This document shows, piece after piece, positions 33,677 to 43,077 of a stretch of 64,000 bases of DNA; within the stretch, counting starts at the first letter, position 1; every line of letters starts with the position of its first letter. The DNA is from Candidatus Woesearchaeota archaeon (GTDB lineage: Archaea > Nanobdellota > Nanobdellia > Woesearchaeales > JAFGPW01): positions 152,752-216,751 of the forward strand of contig JAFGPW010000004.1 of assembly GCA_016935985.1 (NCBI GenBank), given 5' to 3'. Under the pieces are notes generated by a model. It saw only the letters and a list, made by a program, of their open reading frames with translations, did not search any database and was not told where the DNA came from. A program made the translations under genes and the position numbers.

Positions 33677-34423
33677 GTGAATCAGACCATGGCACGCCAA
33701 CCCGTACGACGGATCCTGATCCATAGCGGCTCGGTCTTCTATGTCCGTGACCTCTCTTCCGACTACCACTGCCAGCACGGCAGGATCGCGAAGGCTGACC
33801 TCATGAAACGGGCGGGCTCGCGCATCAGGAGCAACACGGGCAGGGAGTTCGTGCTGCTGCGTCCGGGCTTCCGCGACCAGCTGGCGAGGATGCGGCGCGG
33901 CCCCCAAATCATCCCAGCGAAGGACGTGGGGGCGATTCTCGCGATGACCGGCATCGGCAAGACGAGCGCGGCGGTCGATGCCGGCTGCGGCAGCGGCGCG
34001 CTCGCCCTCTCTCTCTCCCAGGTGGCAAAAAGGGTCACGAGCTACGAGGTGCGGGAGGACTTCTTCAGGATCGCGGAGGAGAACAAGCGCCTCCTCAAGG
34101 CCGCCAACCTCACGCTCAAGAATCAGGACATCACGCTCGGCATCGACGAGCGTTCGGTCGACCTCGTCACCCTCGACCTCCCGGAGCCCTGGAAGGCGAT
34201 CCCGCACGCGCACGCGGCGCTCAAGCCCGGCGGGTGGCTCGTCTCCTACAGCCCGAGCGTCCCGCAGGCGATGGACTTCCTCGCGTCGCTCGGGGAGCGG
34301 TTCATGCATGTCCGGACGATCGAGCTCATCGAGCGCGAGTGGGAATTCGAGGGCAGGAAGGTGCGCCCCAGGAGCAGGATGCTCGGCCATTCGGGATTCC
34401 TCTCGTTCTGCCGAAAGGTTTAA
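33677..34423 (+). CDS. trmI: tRNA (adenine-N1)-methyltransferase TrmI/Gcd14-like
   Basis: The SAM-binding motif VDAGCGSGALALSL, the DLPEPW motif, and ~250 aa. Confidence 0.75.
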   Translation: MNQTMARQPVRRILIHSGSVFYVRDLSSDYHCQHGRIAKADLMKRAGSRIRSNTGREFVLLRPGFRDQLARMRRGPQIIPAKDVGAILAMTGIGKTSAAVDAGCGSGALALSLSQVAKRVTSYEVREDFFRIAEENKRLLKAANLTLKNQDITLGIDERSVDLVTLDLPEPWKAIPHAHAALKPGGWLVSYSPSVPQAMDFLASLGERFMHVRTIELIEREWEFEGRKVRPRSRMLGHSGFLSFCRKV

Positions 34424-34460
34424 ATCGGTCGCCCGCCTACCCCCTGTTGGGGGTGCAGCC

Positions 34461-34688
34461 ATGCTGGCATATGTCTTGGTGGCGCTCGCGACGAACCGGG
34501 AGAAGGACGTCTTCGACGCTCTATCCAATCTTCCGCAGGTGCGCAAGATCCACATCCTCTTCGGCGAATGGGACATGATCGTCGAGGTGCAGTGCGCTAG
34601 CCCTGAGGACCTCGCGGACTTCGTCATGAACAGCATTCGCACCACGAAGGACGTCAAGCTCACGAGCACGCTGATCGTCGCGCAGTGA
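34461..34688 (+). CDS. Stand-alone Lrp/AsnC C-terminal (RAM) regulatory domain protein, 75 aa
   Basis: A beta-alpha-beta-beta-alpha-beta pattern (VLVAL.T..EKDVFDALSNLPQVRKIHILFGEWDMIVEV) with no HTH region. Confidence 0.55.
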   Translation: MLAYVLVALATNREKDVFDALSNLPQVRKIHILFGEWDMIVEVQCASPEDLADFVMNSIRTTKDVKLTSTLIVAQ

Positions 34689-34743
34689 CGATCGCGCCGG
34701 GGGTTGGAAAGGTTTTAATAGGATAGGATCCCCTGTAGGGTGC

Positions 34744-35748
34744 ATGTCCATCGAGCTCATCCTCAAGCCGCTCTCGCTCGAACGGCGGCCGCGAAACATC
34801 TTCCCCTTCGGGCTCCTGTTCGCGACAATCGCAGTCATCCTCACGCTCCTCGCATTCCCCAGGGACAGCTCGATCCTGGTGGTCACTTTCACCGTCATCC
34901 CGCTCGTCCCTATCTTCATCAAGATCATCGAGATCGAGGAGCGGGACTACGAGCGGCGGCCGCGGCGGCTCTTCTTCAGGCACAACATCCTGCAGGTGTA
35001 CGCGTGGCTCTTCCTCTCGCTCATCATCGGCTTCTCGCTCTGGTACGGCTTCCTGCCCGAGGAGACGTCCTCGCGTGTCTTCGGCTCGCAGCTGCGGGCG
35101 CTCTACGACTCTTCCGAGGGGACCCCTGGGCAGCAGGGGAGCGCGAACTACGGCGCAGGACCGGTCTCGGCGCGCCTCTGCGACAGCTCGCTCCTCTCCG
35201 GACTCCTCATATCCCACGACATCACCGACTGCGTCGTCTCCGACGTCGACCATGACGGGGCCGCCGAGTACCTCGTCTATGAGCGTCAGGAGGGAAGGCC
35301 CTTCATCGTCTACCTGACGGCGGCGGGCGAGTACGTCTCGTACCGCACCTTCATGTCGAGAGTCATCATCCTGAACAACCTGCAGCTCCTGCTCTTCATC
35401 TTCCTCACCTCGTTCATCTTCGGCGCCGGCGCGCTCTTCGCCCTGATATGGAACGCCTCGATCATCGGCGTCTTCGTCGGCGCGAGCATGAGGGGGCTCT
35501 CCGGCACGCTCCCGCCGCTCGCCGCATATGCCCACTCGCTCGGGCTCTCGCTCTGGACGATCGCGCTCCACGGCGTCCCTGAGATGCTCGGCTTCTTCAT
35601 CGGGGCGCTTTCCGGCGGCATCGTGAGCGTCGCGGTCGTCAGGCACGGGCTATCGAGGCAGAGCCTGCCGGTCCTAAAGGATTCGCTCTGGCTCTTCGCG
35701 CTGGCGGTCGGCCTGATAGCCATCGCTGGCGTCATCGAGGTGCTCTGA
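34744..35748 (+). CDS. Integral membrane protein (6-7 TM; possibly DUF95/SpoIIM-like)
   Basis: Hydrophobicity pattern only. Confidence 0.4.
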   Translation: MSIELILKPLSLERRPRNIFPFGLLFATIAVILTLLAFPRDSSILVVTFTVIPLVPIFIKIIEIEERDYERRPRRLFFRHNILQVYAWLFLSLIIGFSLWYGFLPEETSSRVFGSQLRALYDSSEGTPGQQGSANYGAGPVSARLCDSSLLSGLLISHDITDCVVSDVDHDGAAEYLVYERQEGRPFIVYLTAAGEYVSYRTFMSRVIILNNLQLLLFIFLTSFIFGAGALFALIWNASIIGVFVGASMRGLSGTLPPLAAYAHSLGLSLWTIALHGVPEMLGFFIGALSGGIVSVAVVRHGLSRQSLPVLKDSLWLFALAVGLIAIAGVIEVL

Positions 35749-35750
35749 CG

Positions 35751-36320
35751 ATGCGGACGAAGCCCCAGATGCGCGTGCTCGGGATCGACGACGCGCCGTT
35801 CGACCGCAGCAGGAAGGGGGCGCGGGTGCGGCTCGTGGGGGTGGTCGTCCGCGGCGCGGACTACCTCGATGGCATCCTCTCCACCTCTGTGACGGTCGAC
35901 GGCAGGAACGCGACCGCTCGAATCGCCACCATGGTCAACGGCTCGAAGTGGAAGAGGCAGCTCCAAGCGATATTCCTCGACGGCATCGCGGTCGCCGGCT
36001 TCAATGTGATCGACATACGACGATTGCATGCGGAGACCGGCATCCCGGTGGTCGTGGTGATGCGGCGGCAGCCCGACATCGCGGCGATCCGCCGCGCGCT
36101 CGAGAGATCGGGGATGCCGGAGCGGATGCGGGTCATCGGCCGCGCGCCCCAACCCGAGAAGGTCGGCGACATCTATGTCCAGGCGATAGGCACGGAACGG
36201 GAGGAGATGAGGCGCGTGCTCAGGATATGCTGCGCGCATGCGAAGGTTCCTGAGGCGCTGCGGCTCGCGCACATCATCGCGTCAGGCGTGACCGACGGTG
36301 AGAGCAGGGGCCGCGCCTAG
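35751..36320 (+). CDS. UPF0215/DUF99 family protein
   Basis: The N-terminal motif MRVLGIDDAPF is characteristic of archaeal DUF99 proteins, ~190 aa. Confidence 0.55.
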   Translation: MRTKPQMRVLGIDDAPFDRSRKGARVRLVGVVVRGADYLDGILSTSVTVDGRNATARIATMVNGSKWKRQLQAIFLDGIAVAGFNVIDIRRLHAETGIPVVVVMRRQPDIAAIRRALERSGMPERMRVIGRAPQPEKVGDIYVQAIGTEREEMRRVLRICCAHAKVPEALRLAHIIASGVTDGESRGRA

Positions 36321-36322
36321 GA

Positions 36323-38077
36323 TCAGGTATAATAGCGTTTCCCGGCCTCCTTCTGCCTGCGGTCCATCACCGACCCTTCCTTGTTGATGCGGGGACGGTG
36401 CGACTCCTGGTCGCGCCGCATGGTGATGTCGAGGTCGCCGAGGAAGCGGTTCATGCCTTCCCCCATCGTGAACGGGCCGGTGACAGCGCCTCTCCTCGCC
36501 GGTTCGCCGTCGAAGACGATGAGCTTCTCTGAGAGGTAGTCGATGAAGAGGAGGTCGTGGTCGATGACCAAGACAGTCTTTCCCGCCTGCTCGGCGAAGT
36601 CGCGCAGCACCTTCGAGACGATGAGCCGCTGCTCGACGTCGAGGTAGGCAGAGGGCTCGTCGAGGAGATAGAGGTCTGCTTGCTGGGCGAGGCAACGGGC
36701 GATCGCGACGCGCTGGAGCTGGCCGCCGGAGAGCTCGGCAAGGGTCTTGTCCATGAGCCGGTCGAGCCCGAGCGGCCTGACGACCGTTGTCTGGTGTTTC
36801 GCGACCGCGTCGGCGAGGATCATGGCGGCAGGAGCGTCGCCTGCCTCGAGGTACTGCGGCTTATACGACACCTTCCCGGTGTCGGAGAGCTCGCCCGCGT
36901 CCGGCTGTATCTCGCCCGCGAGGATGCGCGCGAAGGTGGTCTTGCCGATGCCGTTCTCGCCGAGGATGCCGAGCACCTGCTCCCGCTGCGCCTCTCCCCC
37001 TTCTGCGGTGAGCTCGAAGTCGCCGAGCGTCTTCTTGAGGCCCTTCCAGGCGAGCAGCGTCTCGGTCCTCCTGGCGGATTCGGAGGGACGTGTCGAGAAG
37101 GCGATCGCACTGTCGCGGAAGCGCACGTTCTCTTCCTTCAGGTAGCCTGAGAGGTAGGTGTTGATGCCGGCCTTCGTCGCCTTCGGGCCGGACACGATGC
37201 CGTAGGCGTTCTCGGCGCCGTACATCAGGTGCACGAGGTCGGTCATGTAGTCGAGGATGATCAGGTCGTGCTCGACCACCAGGACCGCGGTCTCCTCATC
37301 GGCGAGCGAGCGTATGAACCGCGCGACCCTGATGCGCTGCTTGATGTCGAGGTGGGACGACGGCTCGTCGAAGACGAGCAGGTTCGCCCGCTTGAGGACC
37401 GTCGCCGCGATCGCGACGCGCTGGAGCTCGCCGCCGGAGATGTGCGTGATGTCCCGGTCGAGGATTTTCTCCAGCTGGAGCAGGGGGACGATCTCGTCGA
37501 GCATGCCGCGCTCGTCGGCCTTGGTGAGGAGGTCGCGGACCCTGCCGCTAAAGGCCTTCGGGATCTGGTCGATGTTCTGCGGTTTGTAGCCGATCCTGAT
37601 GCCGCCTGCCTTTACCTCCTCGAAGAAGCGCTGCATCTCGCTCCCCTTGAAGCGCTCGATCAGCTCCTCATGGCTCGGCTCCCCCCAGAGGTTGCCGAGG
37701 TTGGGCTTTAGCGTGCCGGCGAGGATCTTTATCGCGGTCGACTTGCCGATGCCGTTCCTGCCGAGGATGCCGACGACCTTGCCGAAGATGGGTATGGGGA
37801 GGTTGTAGAGGTGGAAGCCGTTCTCGCCGTACTGGTGGATCGGCGCTGAGCCGAGCTCCTCGGGCAGGTTGATTATGTGGATCGCGCCGAAGGGGCAGCG
37901 CTTGGGGCAGATGCCGCAGCCGGTGCAGAGCGCTTCGTCTATCCTGGCCTTGCCGTCCTCCCCTTGTGTGATGCAGTCGGTGCCGGTCCTGTTGACTGGG
38001 CAGAGCTTCCTGCAGAGGAAGTCGCCGCATTTTACGGGGAAGCACCGGTCCTTCTCGACGACAGCGATGCGTGCCAT
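36323..38077 (-). CDS. abcE1: ABCE1 / RNase L inhibitor-like ribosome recycling ATPase
   Basis: N-terminal 4Fe-4S ferredoxin cysteine clusters (CFPVKCGDFLCRKLCP; CTGCGICPKRCP) followed by two ABC ATPase domains with Walker A/B motifs and LSGGELQR/LSGGQLQR signatures. Confidence 0.9.
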   Translation of the reverse strand: MARIAVVEKDRCFPVKCGDFLCRKLCPVNRTGTDCITQGEDGKARIDEALCTGCGICPKRCPFGAIHIINLPEELGSAPIHQYGENGFHLYNLPIPIFGKVVGILGRNGIGKSTAIKILAGTLKPNLGNLWGEPSHEELIERFKGSEMQRFFEEVKAGGIRIGYKPQNIDQIPKAFSGRVRDLLTKADERGMLDEIVPLLQLEKILDRDITHISGGELQRVAIAATVLKRANLLVFDEPSSHLDIKQRIRVARFIRSLADEETAVLVVEHDLIILDYMTDLVHLMYGAENAYGIVSGPKATKAGINTYLSGYLKEENVRFRDSAIAFSTRPSESARRTETLLAWKGLKKTLGDFELTAEGGEAQREQVLGILGENGIGKTTFARILAGEIQPDAGELSDTGKVSYKPQYLEAGDAPAAMILADAVAKHQTTVVRPLGLDRLMDKTLAELSGGQLQRVAIARCLAQQADLYLLDEPSAYLDVEQRLIVSKVLRDFAEQAGKTVLVIDHDLLFIDYLSEKLIVFDGEPARRGAVTGPFTMGEGMNRFLGDLDITMRRDQESHRPRINKEGSVMDRRQKEAGKRYYT

Positions 38078-38323
38078 GGCGCGGGGAAAGGAGGGGGAGG
38101 ATTAAAAAGGTTTGCTGGTATTAATTATTTTCAATATAGTAAAAAAATGAGTACGCGAGGAAGACGACCTGACGACTCAAGCACGTCCCTCTCCCACGAG
38201 GCCGTGCGATTGACACAGAGAATCGGGGACCTGGACTGATCGCGGCGCTTGCGCGGTCCGGTAACGGCAGCCGCAGGCAAATCTTAAATAGAGAGACGCA
38301 CGATAGGGAATGTTACGATACAA

Positions 38324-38863
38324 ATGATGAGCATGGCCCTGCTTTTGGCTGGTGCTGTCGTCGCAGGCATCATCATCTATTATTCCGTATCAAAGGAGGG
38401 ACCGGTAGGAAGGATGGGAAAGGAAAAGAGGAAAAGCGTCGTCATGATCTGGATCTTGGGCATCTTCCTTGCAGCCATGATCTCAGGGTTCGTCAACCTC
38501 GGCATCGAGGTTTTTTACCCTTCACCGAAATACGAAGCGTACTGCACACCAGAGATCGTGAGCGACGAGGTGAGCAAAGAGGGGGATTATTATCCGAAGC
38601 AATGCGATCTCGAGTACCAAAGCGCCAGGGACGGATACAACCAGAACATCTTCTGGGTGCTCGCCCCCATCGGGTTCGTGCTGGTCGTGGCAGGGATATT
38701 CTATTCGAACCTGCTGATCAATCTGATAGGCGTTTTCGGCGGCAGCTTCCTGGTGATCGAGAGCATCATACGGAACCTGAGCAACAAGGTCATCGCGTTC
38801 ATCACGCTTGGCCTTATAATTATCCTCATAGGATACTTCGCGTTCAAGAAATACAAGGAATGA
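38324..38863 (+). CDS. Hypothetical small membrane protein (4 TM)
   Basis: An ORF with hydrophobic segments; AT-rich upstream region. Confidence 0.4.
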   Translation: MMSMALLLAGAVVAGIIIYYSVSKEGPVGRMGKEKRKSVVMIWILGIFLAAMISGFVNLGIEVFYPSPKYEAYCTPEIVSDEVSKEGDYYPKQCDLEYQSARDGYNQNIFWVLAPIGFVLVVAGIFYSNLLINLIGVFGGSFLVIESIIRNLSNKVIAFITLGLIIILIGYFAFKKYKE

Positions 38864-39025
38864 ACCAGGCGCTGCCCTCACATCCCCATCCCTATTTTTT
38901 TATAGGGTATAGGGCATGAGCTCCGTTAACGGGGCCTGTCCATGCGGATATTAATCCTTGAGTAGTATCATTTATATACAACCTCGATTCTGCCTACTGA
39001 TTACGGAGACGCGTCGTTGAGATGC

Positions 39026-40990
39026 ATGGCGAAACGCACACTGTGGAGAACACTGCTCCGGAGACTCAACGGAGATACGAACCGCAGCAAGGACCTGGAC
39101 ATCCTCTATGAACGGTTCCCTGCCATGAAAGGGCTGGTCAGGACCAGCCTCTACTTCGGGATCTTCAGGGGGCTCATGGATCTTTCGGTCGGCGCCAAGC
39201 TCTACATGAACCTGCCGGACATCGGCGTGCTGAGCACGCTGACCAGCTTTTCCTTCAACGTCCCCGGCGACTATCTCGGCGAGGTGCGGGGCACCGACTT
39301 CGTCAACGAGAGGGTCAACGCCATCAGCCCACGGAGCAAGGTCGCGTCCCTTCTCGAGAGCAGCTGCGGTTTCCTCGAAGACGCACCGATGAAGGCGCGG
39401 ATCTCCCTTGAGGAGTACCTAAAGGAAAAATATTTCGAGACAGACGCCGAGTTCGAGGAGCGCTATCTGAGGAATTTCAGCAGGATCGATTCCATACTGC
39501 AGCGGCATCCGGAGGGCGGGCAGGCAGCAAGGGAGATCGGCGACGTGCTCTTCGGCACGAGGTCGCCCTTGCCGTGCAAGGACCAAACCCTCATCTCGCT
39601 GCTTCAGGACCTCCGGCCGATCGATGCCGACGAGATAGAGCAGTCCTTGCGGAAATTCTACGGCCAGATATCCGCGATCCCAGCGAACATCCCAACCTCG
39701 AGCCGGCTGTGGACGAGGGGACGGTACATCGATCTGGTGCGGGGCTTTGCCAGCGTCGCGAAGAACGGCTTCTACGACGAGATGGACGAGGAGCTGAAGG
39801 TGATCCGCGAGGCCGAGGAGACCATCAAGGACATCAAGGAAGGGAAGAAGCTTTCCAGAGATGACTATGCCGACCTCGACCGGATCGCGAGGGAGTACCT
39901 GGCGTTCCTGATGACCACGCAGGTGGTTTTCCATGAGGGTGAGGAGAATCTGAACCGGGTCGCGAGGATCCTCGACGCCGTCAAGCGGGGGCATAACCTC
40001 GAGCCCGGCAGCAAGAGGTACCTCGGCGCCTTCATCGCTGAGTACCGGCGCTTCCTCGACCTGAGCAGGGCCTGTTTCCCCGACGCGGATCTCGCGAGCC
40101 TCGAATCCAAGCTGCACGCTGCAGGAACGTTCATGAACGGATGCGTGGAAACAAGACAAGGCAGTCCTGACGACGCGATCGGCCTCTTCACCGACTACAT
40201 GGCGAAGCTGCGCAGGGTGGACGCCTCGATGGACAAGGAGACGCTGGAGAGCAAGATACGGTCGGTCAGGGACCTTATCAGGAAGATCGGGTCGAAGGAG
40301 ATACACCAGAAGACCGAGGAGCTCGACGAGCTCCTCGCCTACATAGACTCCCGTGAGTATGCCATGAAATCCGCCGGCGTCTCGGAGAAACGGGCCTATT
40401 GCCCGCTGGCCGAAGCGAAGCGGCGGTTCATCGATTCCCCGCTCGCCGAATTCACTAGGGACCTGACGAAGGCGGAGACCGATTCGATCATCGGCCTCTG
40501 CTTTTCCGAGGCGGAACGGACCACGAAGTATGAGATAGCGACTCAAGGGACGCTCTTCGGGCTGCTCGGCCTCAGCTGGATCAGGCCGGAGTTCTCCGAG
40601 ACCACTTTAGTCAACGCGATCGCGTGGGGGCTCCCGCTTGCGGGCAGGTCGCTCATGGAGAGCTATTACACCACGAAAGGAGGCAGGGTGATGACCGCTG
40701 CCATGACCCATATCTTCTTCAAGAGCTTCGAAAAAGAGGGCATCAACGCCGAGACGGCGTTCAGCGAGTACGACTCGACCATGATGCAGGCATATAACAG
40801 GGGATATTTCGGAGCGATGGCAGGCTCGCTCCTTCCCGCCTACTACGCGACGAGCTCCGCCAACCCCTTGCCCCTCACGGTCCCTATCTTCGGCTCCCTG
40901 GTCTTCTTCGGCCTGGCATACAGGTCATGGTTCAGTTCAGTGCGGGCCTTGAAGTCCCAGATTTACGAGCACGCGAAAGGGCTCGCATAA
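39026..40990 (+). CDS. Hypothetical 654-aa protein: mostly alpha-helical and soluble-looking, with a hydrophobic C-terminal quarter
   Basis: A long ORF with balanced composition. The first ATG lies in frame 9 nt after the ORF-track TTG, and no domain is recognised. Confidence 0.5.
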   Translation: MAKRTLWRTLLRRLNGDTNRSKDLDILYERFPAMKGLVRTSLYFGIFRGLMDLSVGAKLYMNLPDIGVLSTLTSFSFNVPGDYLGEVRGTDFVNERVNAISPRSKVASLLESSCGFLEDAPMKARISLEEYLKEKYFETDAEFEERYLRNFSRIDSILQRHPEGGQAAREIGDVLFGTRSPLPCKDQTLISLLQDLRPIDADEIEQSLRKFYGQISAIPANIPTSSRLWTRGRYIDLVRGFASVAKNGFYDEMDEELKVIREAEETIKDIKEGKKLSRDDYADLDRIAREYLAFLMTTQVVFHEGEENLNRVARILDAVKRGHNLEPGSKRYLGAFIAEYRRFLDLSRACFPDADLASLESKLHAAGTFMNGCVETRQGSPDDAIGLFTDYMAKLRRVDASMDKETLESKIRSVRDLIRKIGSKEIHQKTEELDELLAYIDSREYAMKSAGVSEKRAYCPLAEAKRRFIDSPLAEFTRDLTKAETDSIIGLCFSEAERTTKYEIATQGTLFGLLGLSWIRPEFSETTLVNAIAWGLPLAGRSLMESYYTTKGGRVMTAAMTHIFFKSFEKEGINAETAFSEYDSTMMQAYNRGYFGAMAGSLLPAYYATSSANPLPLTVPIFGSLVFFGLAYRSWFSSVRALKSQIYEHAKGLA

Positions 40991-41036
40991 TTATTATTTT
41001 CTATATAGAAAATAAAAACCATGAAATAGGAGCTCA

Positions 41037-41708
41037 ATGCAATTAACAGGTATGGATCTCGGCACCAACTTCGTCGCGGTGCGGACCGCGATCCGCGAAG
41101 CGCTCCTGCGGAGCGGGAGACAGGGCGACGTGCAGATATGCGCAGCCACAAAATATGTCGGACCTGAGGAAATCGTCGCGCTCGGGCGGCTCGGCATCCG
41201 CCACATCGGCGAGAACCGCGTCCAGGACGCGGAGGAGAAGTTCGCCGATCTTCCGGACGGACTGCAGATGACGAAGCATCTCATCGGCACGCTCCAAGCG
41301 GGCAAGATCAACCGGGCGCTGAAGATATTCGACTGCATCCAGAGCGTGGACTCGCTCGGGCTCGCCGAAGCGATGGACGCGCGCGTCCCTGAGGAGAAGC
41401 GCCCGTTCCCGATATTCTTCCAGATCAACATTGCGGCTGACTTGCACAAGGCAGGAACCGCGCCCGAGGGCGCGCAGGATTTCTATCGGCAGCTTCAGGG
41501 GCTGCAGAACCTCGACGTCCGCGGCATCATGACGATCGCGCCGCTCGTCAGGGAGCCTGAGGAGCTGCGCGGCCTGTTCTCGAGGATGCGCGCCATCCGC
41601 GACGCGCTCGGCCTCCTGGATCTCTCGATGGGCATGTCGAACGACTACGTGATAGCGGTCGAAGAAGGCGCAACCATGGTGCGCATCGGCTCCGCGCTCT
41701 TTCAGTGA
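41037..41708 (+). CDS. YggS-family pyridoxal-phosphate homeostasis protein (alanine racemase N-terminal fold)
   Basis: The Lys motif ICAATKYV, and HIGENRVQ and GTLQ.NK motifs, ~223 aa. Confidence 0.8.
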   Translation: MQLTGMDLGTNFVAVRTAIREALLRSGRQGDVQICAATKYVGPEEIVALGRLGIRHIGENRVQDAEEKFADLPDGLQMTKHLIGTLQAGKINRALKIFDCIQSVDSLGLAEAMDARVPEEKRPFPIFFQINIAADLHKAGTAPEGAQDFYRQLQGLQNLDVRGIMTIAPLVREPEELRGLFSRMRAIRDALGLLDLSMGMSNDYVIAVEEGATMVRIGSALFQ

Positions 41709-42229
41709 CGCCGCAGCCGCGAGAGGAGCAGCAGCACTAATATGCCGGCAAAGGCGGTCATCGCCATGAACGGGATCGTGATGAACCCATAGGAGGTGAT
41801 GTATCTCGCTGAGCACTCAGCGCCAGCCGTGCACAAGATCGCGATCTCTGCCATCTGGCTCGCATAATGGTAGAGGGCGAGGAGGAGGCCGCCGACCGCG
41901 AACGGCGCCGCGTAATCGATCACCCCGCGGTCGCCTTTCATGAGCGCGATTCCGAATACCAGCACGAGCGGGTACATCAGGATGCGCTGGTACCAGCAGA
42001 GCGTGCAGGGCGTGAGCATCTCGACATTAGAGTAGAAGAGGCTGCCGAGCATCGAGGCGAGGGCGAGCGTGAACGCTCCCGGTATCGCAGAGGGGGCGAG
42101 CCGTCTGAGGAATACCTTCGCTGACGGATTCCTGCTCGCCGCCAACAGCGCGATGAGGGCTACGATCGCTATATCCGCGACTAGGACCGCAGTCGGGATG
42201 AGCCAGCCTATGAGGGGGACGTGCGCCAT
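41702..42229 (-). CDS. DsbB/BdbC-like disulfide bond formation membrane protein
   Basis: Four TM helices and the signature CTLCWYQRI followed by a second Cys pair (CTAGAEC). The ORF-track extension to 42553 is rejected because it is antisense to tRNA-Thr. Confidence 0.65.
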   Translation of the reverse strand: MAHVPLIGWLIPTAVLVADIAIVALIALLAASRNPSAKVFLRRLAPSAIPGAFTLALASMLGSLFYSNVEMLTPCTLCWYQRILMYPLVLVFGIALMKGDRGVIDYAAPFAVGGLLLALYHYASQMAEIAILCTAGAECSARYITSYGFITIPFMAMTAFAGILVLLLLSRLRRH

Positions 42230-42281
42230 CTGATGACGAACCGCGCGTCCGTATTTAAACTTTTTTGGGGTAAGTTTATAA

Positions 42282-42464
42282 ATGAAAGCGGTTTCCAACG
42301 GCAGCATGAAATGCGCGATCTGCAAGGCAGGGATCGGGGAGACATTCCTGAAGAAGATGATCGGGACGATAATCAAGGATGCGAAAGGGAAGAGGTACCC
42401 CGTCTGCCCAGCCTGCCAGCAGAAGCACCAGAACGACAAGAAGGAGATGCTCAAGGCACTCTGA
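42282..42464 (+). CDS. Small zinc-ribbon protein (C..C...C..C), 52-60 aa
   Basis: The motif CAICKAG...CPACQQ and a TATA-like element upstream. An alternative start lies at the Met at 42306. Confidence 0.4.
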   Translation: MKAVSNGSMKCAICKAGIGETFLKKMIGTIIKDAKGKRYPVCPACQQKHQNDKKEMLKAL

Positions 42465-42486
42465 AGAGTAGCGTGGACAGCACCGC

Positions 42487-42558
42487 GCCCTTGTAGCTCA
42501 GTGGTAGAGCGTCTGCCTCGTAAGCAGAAGGTCGGGGGTTCGATTCCCTCCAAGGGCT
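42487..42558 (+). tRNA. tRNA-Thr (CGU)
   Basis: A cloverleaf with acceptor GCCCTTG/CAAGGGC, D-arm GCTC/GAGC, anticodon loop CTCGTAA, T-loop TTCGATT and discriminator U. It is 72 nt long. Confidence 0.85.
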
Positions 42559-42596
42559 TGCATCATCATGGCCGTCATGCGGCCCCAGCAACGAGA

Positions 42597-43061
42597 ATGA
42601 GAGCGGAGACCATACGCACCAGGTGCAGGGAATGCGAAGCGTCGTGCTGCAGGCTCGGCGGCGTCGATGTCACCGGCAGGGAGCGGACCCGGATCCTCGC
42701 TGCAGGCCACCCCAACTTCTTCGTCCGCATCGGCCCTGACCACTATGAGATGCGGAGCGTCCGCGGCGTCTGCCCGTATCTCACCGAGGACCACGAGTGC
42801 TCGATCCACGCGGTCCGGCCGCTCATGTGCGAATGCTGGCCGGTGGACGTCGAGCTCGTCGAGGGGAAGCGCGAGTATGTCGTCAACGCCTGCCCGATCG
42901 CGGCCCTGTTCGATGAGGAGGAGCTGCAGGCGTCGAAGGAACGGCTCGCCGACGTCCCGGAGCGGATCCTCGCCGCCGGTATGCGGGACTCGCAGCTCCC
43001 GGCCGAGGACCTCGACCTCATCGAGATGCGCTCGGCGCGGTTCCGGTCGCGCAGGCTCTGA
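42597..43061 (+). CDS. YkgJ/UPF0153 family Fe-S or Zn cluster protein (second paralog)
   Basis: The motif CRECEASCC and a downstream RPLMCECWP motif resembling the 2969 gene (RPLNCRLFPF). The ORF-track start inside the tRNA is rejected. Confidence 0.55.
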   Translation: MRAETIRTRCRECEASCCRLGGVDVTGRERTRILAAGHPNFFVRIGPDHYEMRSVRGVCPYLTEDHECSIHAVRPLMCECWPVDVELVEGKREYVVNACPIAALFDEEELQASKERLADVPERILAAGMRDSQLPAEDLDLIEMRSARFRSRRL

Positions 43062-43077
43062 TAGCGGCATCACCATC

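Noticed and set aside
41702-42553. The 283-aa version of the DsbB-like gene
   Set aside because: Its N-terminal 108 aa are the reverse-strand reading of tRNA-Thr and flanking DNA. It was trimmed to the internal Met that precedes the first TM helix.
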